Shown here: positions 8,910 to 16,994 of the stretch, one piece after another
Layout of the letters: each line of letters opens with the position of its first letter
Position numbering within the stretch: position 1 is the stretch's first letter
Assembly: GCA_048938295.1 (NCBI GenBank)
Contig: JBHLMI010000007.1
Coordinates: 55,978 to 87,977 of the forward strand
Direction of reading: 5' to 3'
Length of the DNA: 32,000 nt
Origin: Promethearchaeota archaeon
GTDB lineage: Archaea; Asgardarchaeota; Hermodarchaeia; Hermodarchaeales; Hermodarchaeaceae
The notes under the pieces: generated by a model
Databases searched by the model: none
What the model saw: only the letters and a program-made list of their open reading frames with translations
What the model was told of the DNA's origin: nothing
Position numbers and translations under genes: made by a program

Positions 8910-10229
8910 TCAAACAAACGTGGATCCTTTAGTCCAAAGCTCGGTGGCTTGTATCTTGCCGGCTTCGGGACTGTATATGAGCCCCTGCTTTTCGAATAAG
9001 TCGAAATCTTCTAGCACACTTTCCCATGAACGTTCCTGATTCTGGAGCCAAGACTCAATATCATCTAGCGAACGAGAAACGGAAAGAAAGCCTAAGAGCT
9101 CAGTTTGAAAGTTAGTAAACTCTGCTCGCGCACGGGTTACTTCCTTTTGGACAAATTGTTGAACATATTCTGAATTAATTTGGTAAACTGATATGACTTG
9201 ATCCAATGAGTACCCATCATTGATGAGAACCTCAGCACCTCGGATTGCATCCTGAAGACACCGGAGAAGTAGTTCAAGCATAATCCCAGGATTTCCTCCG
9301 GAATAGTTGAATATTGCTTCCAGCGCCTCTCCTGTGAAGGGAACAAGTAACCCCTGGATCATGGGTGAATCGAAATTAATACGTTCATCGAGTTCCTTAC
9401 TAATTTTATCCAATGAACCTTTGAGATAGGCCAGTCTCCAGAGCAGTACTTTCAAAGCAGTGCTCTTTTTCATTCGACGCATATCGTAAATCTCAACGAA
9501 CCTTCGCCGAATAGCTGACTTGCTTCCATGGCCTAAGGTTTCCCCTACTGAGGAAAGGAGTTCGAGCGTCTTTACTGCACTTTCCCCAACACGTGTAATG
9601 ATGGCTAAAGCTAGCACGAGAAATCGGCGACCATCTCTGGTCTTATCATTGACCATCCGAAGAAGGGTATCAACTATACGTACACGATTGTCTGGTCGTT
9701 GACGTTCTAGCTGGCGAAATTCGTCGATTAACAAGACATACGAGGTTCCATTCTCTTCTGCATCTGTTCGCAGGGCTAATAAGAGACGCGAGAGTCGTTT
9801 GGCAATGGAGCCGCTTCTTACTACACGAACCCCCACTTTATCAATTAAAAAGTCCCGAACGGTTTGTACTCCTATATCAGCATGGAGAAGATCGTCAATC
9901 AGCGCGTCGGCTGAACTGACTCCTTCAAGACGAACGGCACGTATATTCGGTAAGCGATTCAATGACTCTTGAATCATCTCCAAGAAGGTAGTCTTTCCAG
10001 CACCGAGGGGACCAGACACAACGATACTCGCGGTCTGATTTCGAAGATAGTTGACCGCCCTTTTGATTGCCAAAGCCTCCTCCTCAGGGACGACATATAA
10101 ATCCGGTGAATCTATCCCAAAGAGCTCAATCCGTTCGGTTTTGAAACCCCATTTTGCTAGCATTTGCTGATCAAATTTGTGCGTTTGCTCGACTAACCGA
10201 TCAAGTTCACTCAGACTAAACACACCCAA
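8910..10229 (-). CDS. ExeA/TniB/MuB-like AAA+ ATPase with C-terminal winged helix
   Basis: Walker A GPLGAGKTT, Walker B LLIDE, RRRF (putative arginine finger), PFTGEALEAIFNYSGGNPG ExeA-type lid, wHTH-like last ~70 aa; TTG start; 11-bp gap to the RHH gene. Confidence 0.8.
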   Translation of the reverse strand: MGVFSLSELDRLVEQTHKFDQQMLAKWGFKTERIELFGIDSPDLYVVPEEEALAIKRAVNYLRNQTASIVVSGPLGAGKTTFLEMIQESLNRLPNIRAVRLEGVSSADALIDDLLHADIGVQTVRDFLIDKVGVRVVRSGSIAKRLSRLLLALRTDAEENGTSYVLLIDEFRQLERQRPDNRVRIVDTLLRMVNDKTRDGRRFLVLALAIITRVGESAVKTLELLSSVGETLGHGSKSAIRRRFVEIYDMRRMKKSTALKVLLWRLAYLKGSLDKISKELDERINFDSPMIQGLLVPFTGEALEAIFNYSGGNPGIMLELLLRCLQDAIRGAEVLINDGYSLDQVISVYQINSEYVQQFVQKEVTRARAEFTNFQTELLGFLSVSRSLDDIESWLQNQERSWESVLEDFDLFEKQGLIYSPEAGKIQATELWTKGSTFV

Positions 10230-10300
10230 GAATGTTGATAGAGAAGGGAGTCCAGTGATAAAAAATTATTGATTGTATTTAAGATAAAAAACTAATTGGT

Positions 10301-10327
10301 CGTAATGAATTCAATGAAATTATTGAT
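10301..10327. repeat. 9-bp iteron array 5 (CGTAATGAA TTCAATGAA ATTATTGAT)
   Basis: Period-9 copies about 70 bp upstream of the AAA+ gene start, next to a TATA-like element on the minus strand (CTTAAATA, ~10275-10282). Confidence 0.75.
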
Positions 10328-10340
10328 TTGCTAGATAATT

Positions 10341-10937
10341 TCATGGTTTTGTATAGGCAATGACGTCGATTTTAGTAATTATTCCAATTGGCCTGTCTTC
10401 ATCTAATACTAAGACAGCTTCAACCCCGGCAGCGATTTTAGAAAAGGCTGTTTCTACTTTATCTCTAATGTCAATTGTTGGAAAAGGAGGTTCCATGATT
10501 TCTTGAACAGAAAGACCAAATACTTTCTGTGATTCCATGACCATTAGCTGTTTGATAATTGTTCCCTCACTGATGGCTCCAATTGCTTTGTTTCGTTTCA
10601 GCACGGGTAACTGTGAGATACCATGACGTCGCATGAGAATCACAGCTCGTCGAACCCTATCTTCAGGGCCAACCCAGATCAAGGGATTCAGCTTTGATTG
10701 GCCTTTCCACCTCAACAAATCACTAAGAGAGGAATAGGTGTGTTTATGCTCTTCGATTACGGCGAGTATACGTTTGAGCGTACCGACACTGGGATTTACC
10801 TGACCCTTTTCAATGCGTGCCACCAAAGACTGACTTATCCCGACGTGTTTCGCTAGCTCAGATTGGGTTAATCCGACTTGTTTTCGTAATTCTTGGAGTT
10901 CTTTGGGTGAAGGAACGCGAAATTCAGTCATTAGCAA
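10341..10937 (-). CDS. XRE-family HTH + CBS-pair transcriptional regulator
   Basis: ELRKQVGLTQSELAKHVGISQSLVARIEKGQVNPS followed by CBS motifs (GISQLPV, GIITKID). Confidence 0.9.
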   Translation of the reverse strand: MLMTEFRVPSPKELQELRKQVGLTQSELAKHVGISQSLVARIEKGQVNPSVGTLKRILAVIEEHKHTYSSLSDLLRWKGQSKLNPLIWVGPEDRVRRAVILMRRHGISQLPVLKRNKAIGAISEGTIIKQLMVMESQKVFGLSVQEIMEPPFPTIDIRDKVETAFSKIAAGVEAVLVLDEDRPIGIITKIDVIAYTKP

Positions 10938-11008
10938 GCACGCACCGATATCTTATACTATTGATAATAACTCCAAAAGAATTAATACTCTGCCTGAATC
11001 GGTGAAGG

Positions 11009-13348
11009 ATGGAGATGACGACAATGCCCAACGCTCAACAAGCTGAAATTCGAGTCGTTGGTGTCGTTCAAGGAATTGGTTTCCGTCCATTTATTTATGC
11101 GCAAGCTACCCAGCGTGGGCTTGTTGGGTTTGTTTTGAATACTGGAAATTCGGCAGTACTAATTGTTGTGGAAGGAGAAAAAAAGAAAATCATTGAATTT
11201 ATTGAATCCATTGAAAGAGATAAGCCCTACCTGGCTGTTATTGACAGCATTCAAACCATCTGGCACACTACTGCAGGCAAATTTAAGGACTTCCAGATTC
11301 GCATCTCCAAAAATGAGCAGAAAGCGGGTGGTTCAGTTATCCCCGCCGATATCGCTGTGTGTACTGATTGCATAGAAGATATGAATAACCCCCAATCACG
11401 CCATTATCAATACCCGATGACCTGTTGTGCCATCTGCGGCCCTCGTTACACCACCATCACGGATACCCCCTATGATCGTGAACGTACTACAATGAACGAG
11501 TTCCCTTTATGCGAAGCCTGTGACAAAGAATACAACAACCCCATCGACCGACGGTATAATGCCCAAACTATTTGTTGCCCCATTTGTGGTCCACATTTTA
11601 CCATATTAGAAGCCGATGGAACAGCTCTCAAAGTTAGGGATCCCTTTATCGAATCTGTGAAATTACTGAATGAAGGTGCAATCGTCGCGGTTAAAGGATT
11701 GGGTGGAATTCATCTGGCAGTCAGGTCTACACTAGATGACCAAGTCAAACGTCTCCGCGAACTTCGGAACAAACCGAACAAACCCTTCGCCATTATGTCC
11801 AAAGACCTTGAGGCAGTACAGAAGTATGCGGCAATCGACTCAACCGCGGAACGATTGCTCTTGTCATGGAGACGTCCCATTGTGGTAATACCGCAACGAA
11901 CCCCGTTTCCACTCTCAAAATTTCTTTCTCCAGGATTGGACACCGTTGGCGTCATGCTTCCATATTCAGGAATCTATCTTCGACTTTTCGAAGGGTTACA
12001 AGATCTTGCCTTGGTAATGACCAGCGCTAATCCTACAGGCTTGCCCACGATGATCCATGCTTCTACATTTCAAGAACGTTTTATGGATATGGCAGATTAT
12101 TTCTTAACACATAATCGAACAATCTTCCAGCGATGCGATGACTCCGTGCTAATTCCTATATTCGATCAAGAGTTGATAATTCGGCGATCACGAGGGTACA
12201 CTCCCGAACCCATCGACACCGCGGATGGAGGTCCTACAATTCTTTCACTCGGTGCTTTAGAGAAAAACACCGGGTCTATTTACCATAAGAGACGGGTTTT
12301 TCTTACTCAGCACATTGGAGATATTGATACAGTCGAATCCCTCCAATTTCTCCAGGAAAGCCTCTCTCATCTAAAGAACTTGCTACGGGTTAATACCTTC
12401 GATGCGGTTGCCTGTGATCTGCACCCAGATTTCTTAACCACTCAATACGGAGCAGAGTTATCGAAAGCACAGCAAGTTCCACTTGTCCAGGTGCAGCACC
12501 ATCATGCTCACCTAGCTGCTATTCTCGCCGACCACAAATTACCTCTTGATGAAGAGATCGTGGCTATTTGCTGTGACGGTGCAGGATACGGTCCAGACAA
12601 AACCGTGTGGGGTGGGGAAATTCTTACAGGAACCGCGTACAACTACACAAGATCGGCGTATCTCGAGCCACAACCCATGCCCGGTGGAGATCTGGCCGCA
12701 AAGTTCCCTTTCCGAATGCTACTTGGTATTCTCTCGAAGAAATATTCAGAAACAGAATTACGTAGCCTTTTCGAGATAAGGGCAAAGGATTCATTACCAC
12801 AGGGAACCGCGGAATTTGAAATAATCCTGACTCAAATATCTCAAAAGATTAACACGCCGATAACTTCGAGTACGGGCCGCGTTTTAGATTCACTGGCTGC
12901 GCTATTGGGTGTATCCACCCAGCGAACCTATGAAGGGGAACCCGCCATTCGACTTGAAGCCTTCGCGAATATGGGAACCTACCGACCAGACATTCAGTTA
13001 GATATTCCAGTGAACCAGGAAGGAAAAGTACAGGTGTTAAAGACAAGTAATCTTGTGGATCAGGTCTTACAACTCCAGGGTGAATTTAGTGGTTCTGATC
13101 TCGCTCTAGCTGCACACCAATCTTTAGGAAAAACTCTTGCACATGCGGCTATTGGCGCGTCAAAATCTAATGGAACAACAAAAATCGGATTTACCGGCGG
13201 AGTCGCCTACAACAAAATTCTCACACGTACAATTCGAAGCATTATCGAAGCAGCAGGGTATGAGTTCCTGATGCACCGAAAGGTCCCTGCAGGCGACGCA
13301 GGTATCGCGGTGGGGCAATCCCTGGTCGCACGTGCCAATCTTCGATAG
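11009..13348 (+). CDS. hypF: Hydrogenase maturation carbamoyltransferase HypF
   Basis: GVVQGIGFRPF acylphosphatase domain, two CxxC zinc fingers (CAICGPRY, CPICGP), KGLGG, QHIGD, DLHP, QHHHAH, DGAGYG, TSSTGR, PAGDAGI. Confidence 0.95.
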   Translation: MEMTTMPNAQQAEIRVVGVVQGIGFRPFIYAQATQRGLVGFVLNTGNSAVLIVVEGEKKKIIEFIESIERDKPYLAVIDSIQTIWHTTAGKFKDFQIRISKNEQKAGGSVIPADIAVCTDCIEDMNNPQSRHYQYPMTCCAICGPRYTTITDTPYDRERTTMNEFPLCEACDKEYNNPIDRRYNAQTICCPICGPHFTILEADGTALKVRDPFIESVKLLNEGAIVAVKGLGGIHLAVRSTLDDQVKRLRELRNKPNKPFAIMSKDLEAVQKYAAIDSTAERLLLSWRRPIVVIPQRTPFPLSKFLSPGLDTVGVMLPYSGIYLRLFEGLQDLALVMTSANPTGLPTMIHASTFQERFMDMADYFLTHNRTIFQRCDDSVLIPIFDQELIIRRSRGYTPEPIDTADGGPTILSLGALEKNTGSIYHKRRVFLTQHIGDIDTVESLQFLQESLSHLKNLLRVNTFDAVACDLHPDFLTTQYGAELSKAQQVPLVQVQHHHAHLAAILADHKLPLDEEIVAICCDGAGYGPDKTVWGGEILTGTAYNYTRSAYLEPQPMPGGDLAAKFPFRMLLGILSKKYSETELRSLFEIRAKDSLPQGTAEFEIILTQISQKINTPITSSTGRVLDSLAALLGVSTQRTYEGEPAIRLEAFANMGTYRPDIQLDIPVNQEGKVQVLKTSNLVDQVLQLQGEFSGSDLALAAHQSLGKTLAHAAIGASKSNGTTKIGFTGGVAYNKILTRTIRSIIEAAGYEFLMHRKVPAGDAGIAVGQSLVARANLR

Positions 13349-13382
13349 TAATCTGAACAACGAAGGCGGCTTTGTATCATTC

Positions 13383-13418
13383 AAGAATGATTTCATTTAT
13401 TTCATTGAATTCAATAGG
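13383..13418. repeat. 9-bp iteron array 6 (AAGAATGAT TTCATTTAT TTCATTGAA TTCAATAGG), abutting an ORB
   Basis: Period-9 copies whose last base is shared with the ORB at 13418. Confidence 0.75.
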
Positions 13419-13431
13419 TTCCAGTGGAAAT
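13418..13431 (+). promoter_or_regulatory. ORB core (GTTCCAGTGGAAAT) without a G-string
   Basis: Match to the archaeal origin recognition box core GTTCCAGTGGAAA. Confidence 0.75.
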
Positions 13432-13486
13432 CATCCACAACTAATATAAATACCCGATATTTATCTAGACATGGAGTTGTAGTATT

Positions 13487-13783
13487 ATGGCCGCTACCCG
13501 AACGTCACAACAGACCACTCAAAACGCCCAGAAGACAAAAACACGGCAACGACCAGCAACCATAGTTCCCACAGAAACAGCAGAGGTTAAGAGCCACATA
13601 ACTGCACTTCTACGATCAAAAGGTGCCCTCACCAGAGGAGAAATAACTACCAAAACGGGAATACCCCGAACCACAGTTTATGACACCCTTATGAACTTGC
13701 TAATCTGTGGTGTCGTTGAAAAATATGTTGAGCGAAATGGTCGTCGTGGCCGTCCTTCTGTCTATTATCAACTAGTCGCTTAA
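13487..13783 (+). CDS. Small TrmB-like winged-helix protein between ORBs
   Basis: LTRGEITTKTGIPRTTVYDTLMNL...GVV...RRGRPSVYY; T/Q/K-rich N-tail. Confidence 0.8.
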   Translation: MAATRTSQQTTQNAQKTKTRQRPATIVPTETAEVKSHITALLRSKGALTRGEITTKTGIPRTTVYDTLMNLLICGVVEKYVERNGRRGRPSVYYQLVA

Positions 13784-13796
13784 TTTTTTAGATAAT

Positions 13797-13817
13797 CCCC
13801 CTTATTTCCACTGGAAC
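13797..13817 (-). promoter_or_regulatory. Full ORB with G-string (GTTCCAGTGGAAATAAGGGGG)
   Basis: Plus strand reads CCCCCTTATTTCCACTGGAAC. Confidence 0.9.
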
Positions 13818-14000
13818 CTCTTTTTTGTCGGTTTTATTGTTAATAGTTAATCTTTTCATGAAATGCGCAAAAGTGTCTTGTGAAATATTTACAGAGGATA
13901 TGGAGAGACTGTAAACTATTTATATAAGATAGAAGGAAAACAAACGGGGAGTATTCTTCGAATAATTAAAAACAAATTACAAACTCTAATAATTCTTCGA

Positions 14001-14023
14001 GTTCCAGTGGAAACAAAGGGGAG
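14001..14023 (+). promoter_or_regulatory. Full ORB with G-string (GTTCCAGTGGAAACAAAGGGGAG)
   Basis: Near-perfect match to the archaeal ORB consensus. Confidence 0.92.
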
Positions 14024-14143
14024 TATCGAGAAACACCAAATAAGAGCTTATTTCTTTGAACTTTGGTGATCTATTTGTTAAGAGTTTATAACTATAGTGC
14101 ATAACTCATTCATATGCAAAGGAAAATCAAATAGTTTTTGGTC

Positions 14144-14614
14144 TCAGGTTTTATCTGCAAGTACTGCTGCGATCTCATCAGTGAGTTCTTCAATATTCAC
14201 ACGATATTCGCGTTGAGCGGCTGATCCTCTTCGGCTTAAGCTACCTTCTTTGTGCATACGAGAAAGGTAGGTTGAAGCGGTTGCTAGGGGGATTGGTGGG
14301 TGGAAGGCGTGTTCGTAGAGCTCCTGGACGTCCTTTGATGTGAACCAACCGTGGCGGCAGTTACGCAAGACGATGTATCGGACTTTTTGCCTGACGGTCC
14401 AGGATTCATAGTCTGGTATTTTCAATGCATCGGGTGGTGTGTCCGTTGTGGCCTCTTGTTTGTCTGGGGACTGCAAGGCTGTTGCTATGGTTTCAGTGAT
14501 GGACAATGGTAGGCCGTCATTGAAAGTAATAGTGATGTCGCAAGGTTTTCCATCGATTGTGAGACCTTCAATGGTGATCTTCTGTTTCTGTTTCTTCATT
14601 GATCCATACCCCAT
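14144..14614 (-). CDS. Winged-helix protein within the origin region (likely start ATG 14599)
   Basis: GWFTSKDVQELYE...PIPLATASTYLSRMHKEGSLSRRG...YRV wHTH pattern; short beta-rich N-terminal region plus linker. Confidence 0.8.
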   Translation of the reverse strand: MGYGSMKKQKQKITIEGLTIDGKPCDITITFNDGLPLSITETIATALQSPDKQEATTDTPPDALKIPDYESWTVRQKVRYIVLRNCRHGWFTSKDVQELYEHAFHPPIPLATASTYLSRMHKEGSLSRRGSAAQREYRVNIEELTDEIAAVLADKT

Positions 14615-14842
14615 TAGGGTGTATGTGGCTCTCCATGTCCCTTCTAGGTTTCATGTTCACAGCATTAAAAGTGTGACGGTGTGAACTGGCTCGAAACTAA
14701 AATGTAGCATATTGTCAGCAGTTCTGTATTAGTGATACATTAGGGTCTGGTGTGTTCTTATGTATTTAATCGGATAAATTGTGAAATAAGGATTATCCGC
14801 CCTCTATTTTTGATTTAGAGGTTTTTCTCCAAGTTTTTAATA

Positions 14843-15036
14843 TGTTCACCTGTTGTTAACATGTTAACAATTAAATTCTGGTAAATATGCCCTTAGATTA
14901 GTTTTCCAATGGAAATGAAGGGGGGAGGCGATGTTAACAAGAATAATACTATGGATAAGTATTTTTTCGCAAAAAGAAGGCTAAATTATTGTTATTCAAT
15001 AAAATATGTTAACGTTTTTGGCGCCAATTGTGAACA
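14843..15036. repeat. Cluster of palindromic TGTTAACA octamers
   Basis: Perfect at 14854, 14862 (tandem) and 14932; near-perfect at 15007 (TGTTAACG), 15029 (TGTGAACA) and 14843 (TGTTCACC). Confidence 0.65.
14904..14925 (+). promoter_or_regulatory. ORB with G-string (TTCCAATGGAAATGAAGGGGGG)
   Basis: One core mismatch to the ORB consensus, followed by a G-string, 240 bp upstream of cdc6. Confidence 0.85.
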
Positions 15037-15086
15037 AATTAACTATTAATAGATGAACTATGTGTTTGAGAAGTATCTCTTTCTGC

Positions 15087-15136
15087 GAAACGCTAATATT
15101 GTAGGACAGTAACCTTCCAAAAGAAACGCTAGTATT
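15087..15136 (+). promoter_or_regulatory. cdc6 leader: direct repeat GAAACGCTARTATT x2 and mini-ORB TTCCAAAAGAAAC
   Basis: Copies at 15087-15100 and 15123-15136; mini-ORB at 15115-15127. Confidence 0.55.
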
Positions 15137-15165
15137 TCCTTTGGGATTTTGGAGGATCACTTGAC

Positions 15166-16401
15166 ATGGACGACCCCAGACCACTTGACCGCATCTTCGA
15201 CCGATTGAGCTCTGGTCCGACCCTCATCGAGGATCGAAAAGTGTTACGGCATGAATACGTTCCTGACGTACTTCCCCACCGGGAGGAGCAAATTACGCAG
15301 ATTGGAAGTATACTAGCCACGGGATTAAAGGGAGGTCGGCCTTCAAACGTTTTTGTGTTTGGGAAACCGGGAACTGGAAAAACTGCTGTGACCCAATATG
15401 TGCTTCGGGAATTGGCGACGAAATTTGGCGAACTGCAATTGCCTTTCAAAGCAGTATATCTGAATTGTCAGCATGTGGATACCGATTATCGGGTGTTGGC
15501 TCGGATTTGTGCTGAGTTGGGGCAGAAAGTGCCATTTACTGGATTGCCAACAGATGAAGTTCATTCACGTCTCGTCGAATTATTAGAAAGTCAGGATCGG
15601 TTGACCATAATCGTATTGGATGAGATTGACCGATTGGTAATGAAAAGTGGAGGTGATACTCTCTACAAACTGACGCGTATAAACTATGAGCTATCTAAAG
15701 CGCGGGTTAGTCTGATTGGGATTTCAAATGACCTGCAATTCCCGAGTTATCTTGATTCTCGGGTGCTGAGTAGTCTAAGTGAAGAAAAGGTGATTTTTCA
15801 TCCGTATACTGCTCCACAATTGCAAGATATTCTGCGTCGGCGAAGCTCAACCGGTCTAAAAGAAGGAATATTAGAAGAACCTGGGGTCATTAATCTTTGT
15901 GCGGCTTTGGCTGCAAGAGAGGAGGGAGATGCCCGCCGGGCACTTGAACTCCTGCGTGTGGCGGTGGAAATTGCGGAAAGAGAAGGCAGTGCTGAAGTAA
16001 AAGTCGAACACGTTGAGAAAGCGCGTTCAAGTATTGAGCGTGATACGACATTGGAAGTGTTACGTACGCTGCCTGTTCAACAGAAATTAGTGCTTTATGC
16101 AGTCTACCTGCTTGAAAAGCATAAACATCCGCATCCTGTGACAGGGGAGGTTCAAGACGTGTATGGTGATCTTTGTAATCAACTTGGTATGGATCCGTTG
16201 ACTCAGAGGAGGGTAGGCGACCTTATCAATGACCTTGATGGGATCGGGCTTGTCAATGCGAAGGTTATTAGCAAAGGGAGGTATGGACGGACAAAGAATA
16301 TCCGCCTCAGTGTACCAAAGAATATAGTCTCCGATGTGTTGGAACGTGACAGTCGTATCAAAACCCTCGCAAATTATGTACCTCCTACCTTGAGAAAATA
16401 G
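15166..16401 (+). CDS. cdc6: Orc1/Cdc6 replication initiator (origin-associated)
   Basis: YVPDVLPHREEQI, GKPGTGKT, IVLDEID, GDARRAL, C-terminal wH (LTQRRVGDLINDLD...SKGRYGRT); next to the ORB cluster. Confidence 0.95.
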   Translation: MDDPRPLDRIFDRLSSGPTLIEDRKVLRHEYVPDVLPHREEQITQIGSILATGLKGGRPSNVFVFGKPGTGKTAVTQYVLRELATKFGELQLPFKAVYLNCQHVDTDYRVLARICAELGQKVPFTGLPTDEVHSRLVELLESQDRLTIIVLDEIDRLVMKSGGDTLYKLTRINYELSKARVSLIGISNDLQFPSYLDSRVLSSLSEEKVIFHPYTAPQLQDILRRRSSTGLKEGILEEPGVINLCAALAAREEGDARRALELLRVAVEIAEREGSAEVKVEHVEKARSSIERDTTLEVLRTLPVQQKLVLYAVYLLEKHKHPHPVTGEVQDVYGDLCNQLGMDPLTQRRVGDLINDLDGIGLVNAKVISKGRYGRTKNIRLSVPKNIVSDVLERDSRIKTLANYVPPTLRK

Positions 16402-16406
16402 TCATT

Positions 16407-16994
16407 TTGGTGAAACGAAGGATGTTCACTGAACCAAAGGACCCCCTTGGGCTGGTGGACTATGCCTTTCGAGCTTTGGGAAAAACTCAGGTCTCATTGC
16501 AGCAATTAGTGTTCTTCATCTCGTTTGATCTGCGTGCACTCCCCCCTTCTAAGGCGATGCAACTTGTCCGAAATCTGCAAGCAAAAGCCCAGCTCGAAAT
16601 TCATGATGGAATAGTGGTACGGCCACAAGATGTGCTTCCTGAACCTGAATCTGCTGTTTCTCCTTCGAATCTGGGCGATCTGCTTCGGCTCTTTGTGAGT
16701 TCATCGCGACTCACTCGTGCAGTGGGTATGGCTGATAACTCTGTCGAGTTCCAACGAATTTCTCCGAATCCTTTGAAAATTCAGGCTATTGTTCATGGCT
16801 CTAAAGATTATGTGATTGAGCTAGATGAGGAAAGAAGATCCATTTCGCATAATTGTCCTGATTGGCTCAGGGTAAGTGTTCTCCATCGATTCTGTAAACA
16901 TGTGGCTAAACTTCTCTTATTGTTGGAAGAAGAGGAGGCTCTCCGCATTCTCCATTCGTTGCAGAAGGATTCATGGGAGTTTATTCAAGTTTAA
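16407..16994 (+). CDS. DUF2240-like N-terminal domain fused to a SWIM-type zinc-finger domain
   Basis: FFISFDLRALPPSKAMQLV (DUF2240-like, from memory); HNCPDW...FCKHVAKLLL (SWIM variant); 5 bp after the cdc6 stop. Confidence 0.7.
   Translation: MVKRRMFTEPKDPLGLVDYAFRALGKTQVSLQQLVFFISFDLRALPPSKAMQLVRNLQAKAQLEIHDGIVVRPQDVLPEPESAVSPSNLGDLLRLFVSSSRLTRAVGMADNSVEFQRISPNPLKIQAIVHGSKDYVIELDEERRSISHNCPDWLRVSVLHRFCKHVAKLLLLLEEEEALRILHSLQKDSWEFIQV

Larger units (their letters stand above)
13797..14026. other. Replication origin core (oriC): inverted ORB pair flanking a ~180-bp AT-rich unwinding element
   Basis: Inverted ORBs at 13797-13817 and 14001-14023, AT-rich spacer, degenerate ORB end GGAAAACAAACGGGGAGTAT at 13935-13954, cdc6 ~1.1 kb downstream. 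Confidence 0.85.

Noticed and set aside
8910-10229. Tn7/Mu-like transposon based on the TniB/MuB-like ATPase
   Set aside because: No DDE transposase, TniQ, terminal inverted repeats or target-site duplication found; the flanks are housekeeping genes
14612-14746. CATTAGGGT twice (telomere-like TTAGGG)
   Set aside because: Two dispersed 9-mers, not tandem; compatible with chance
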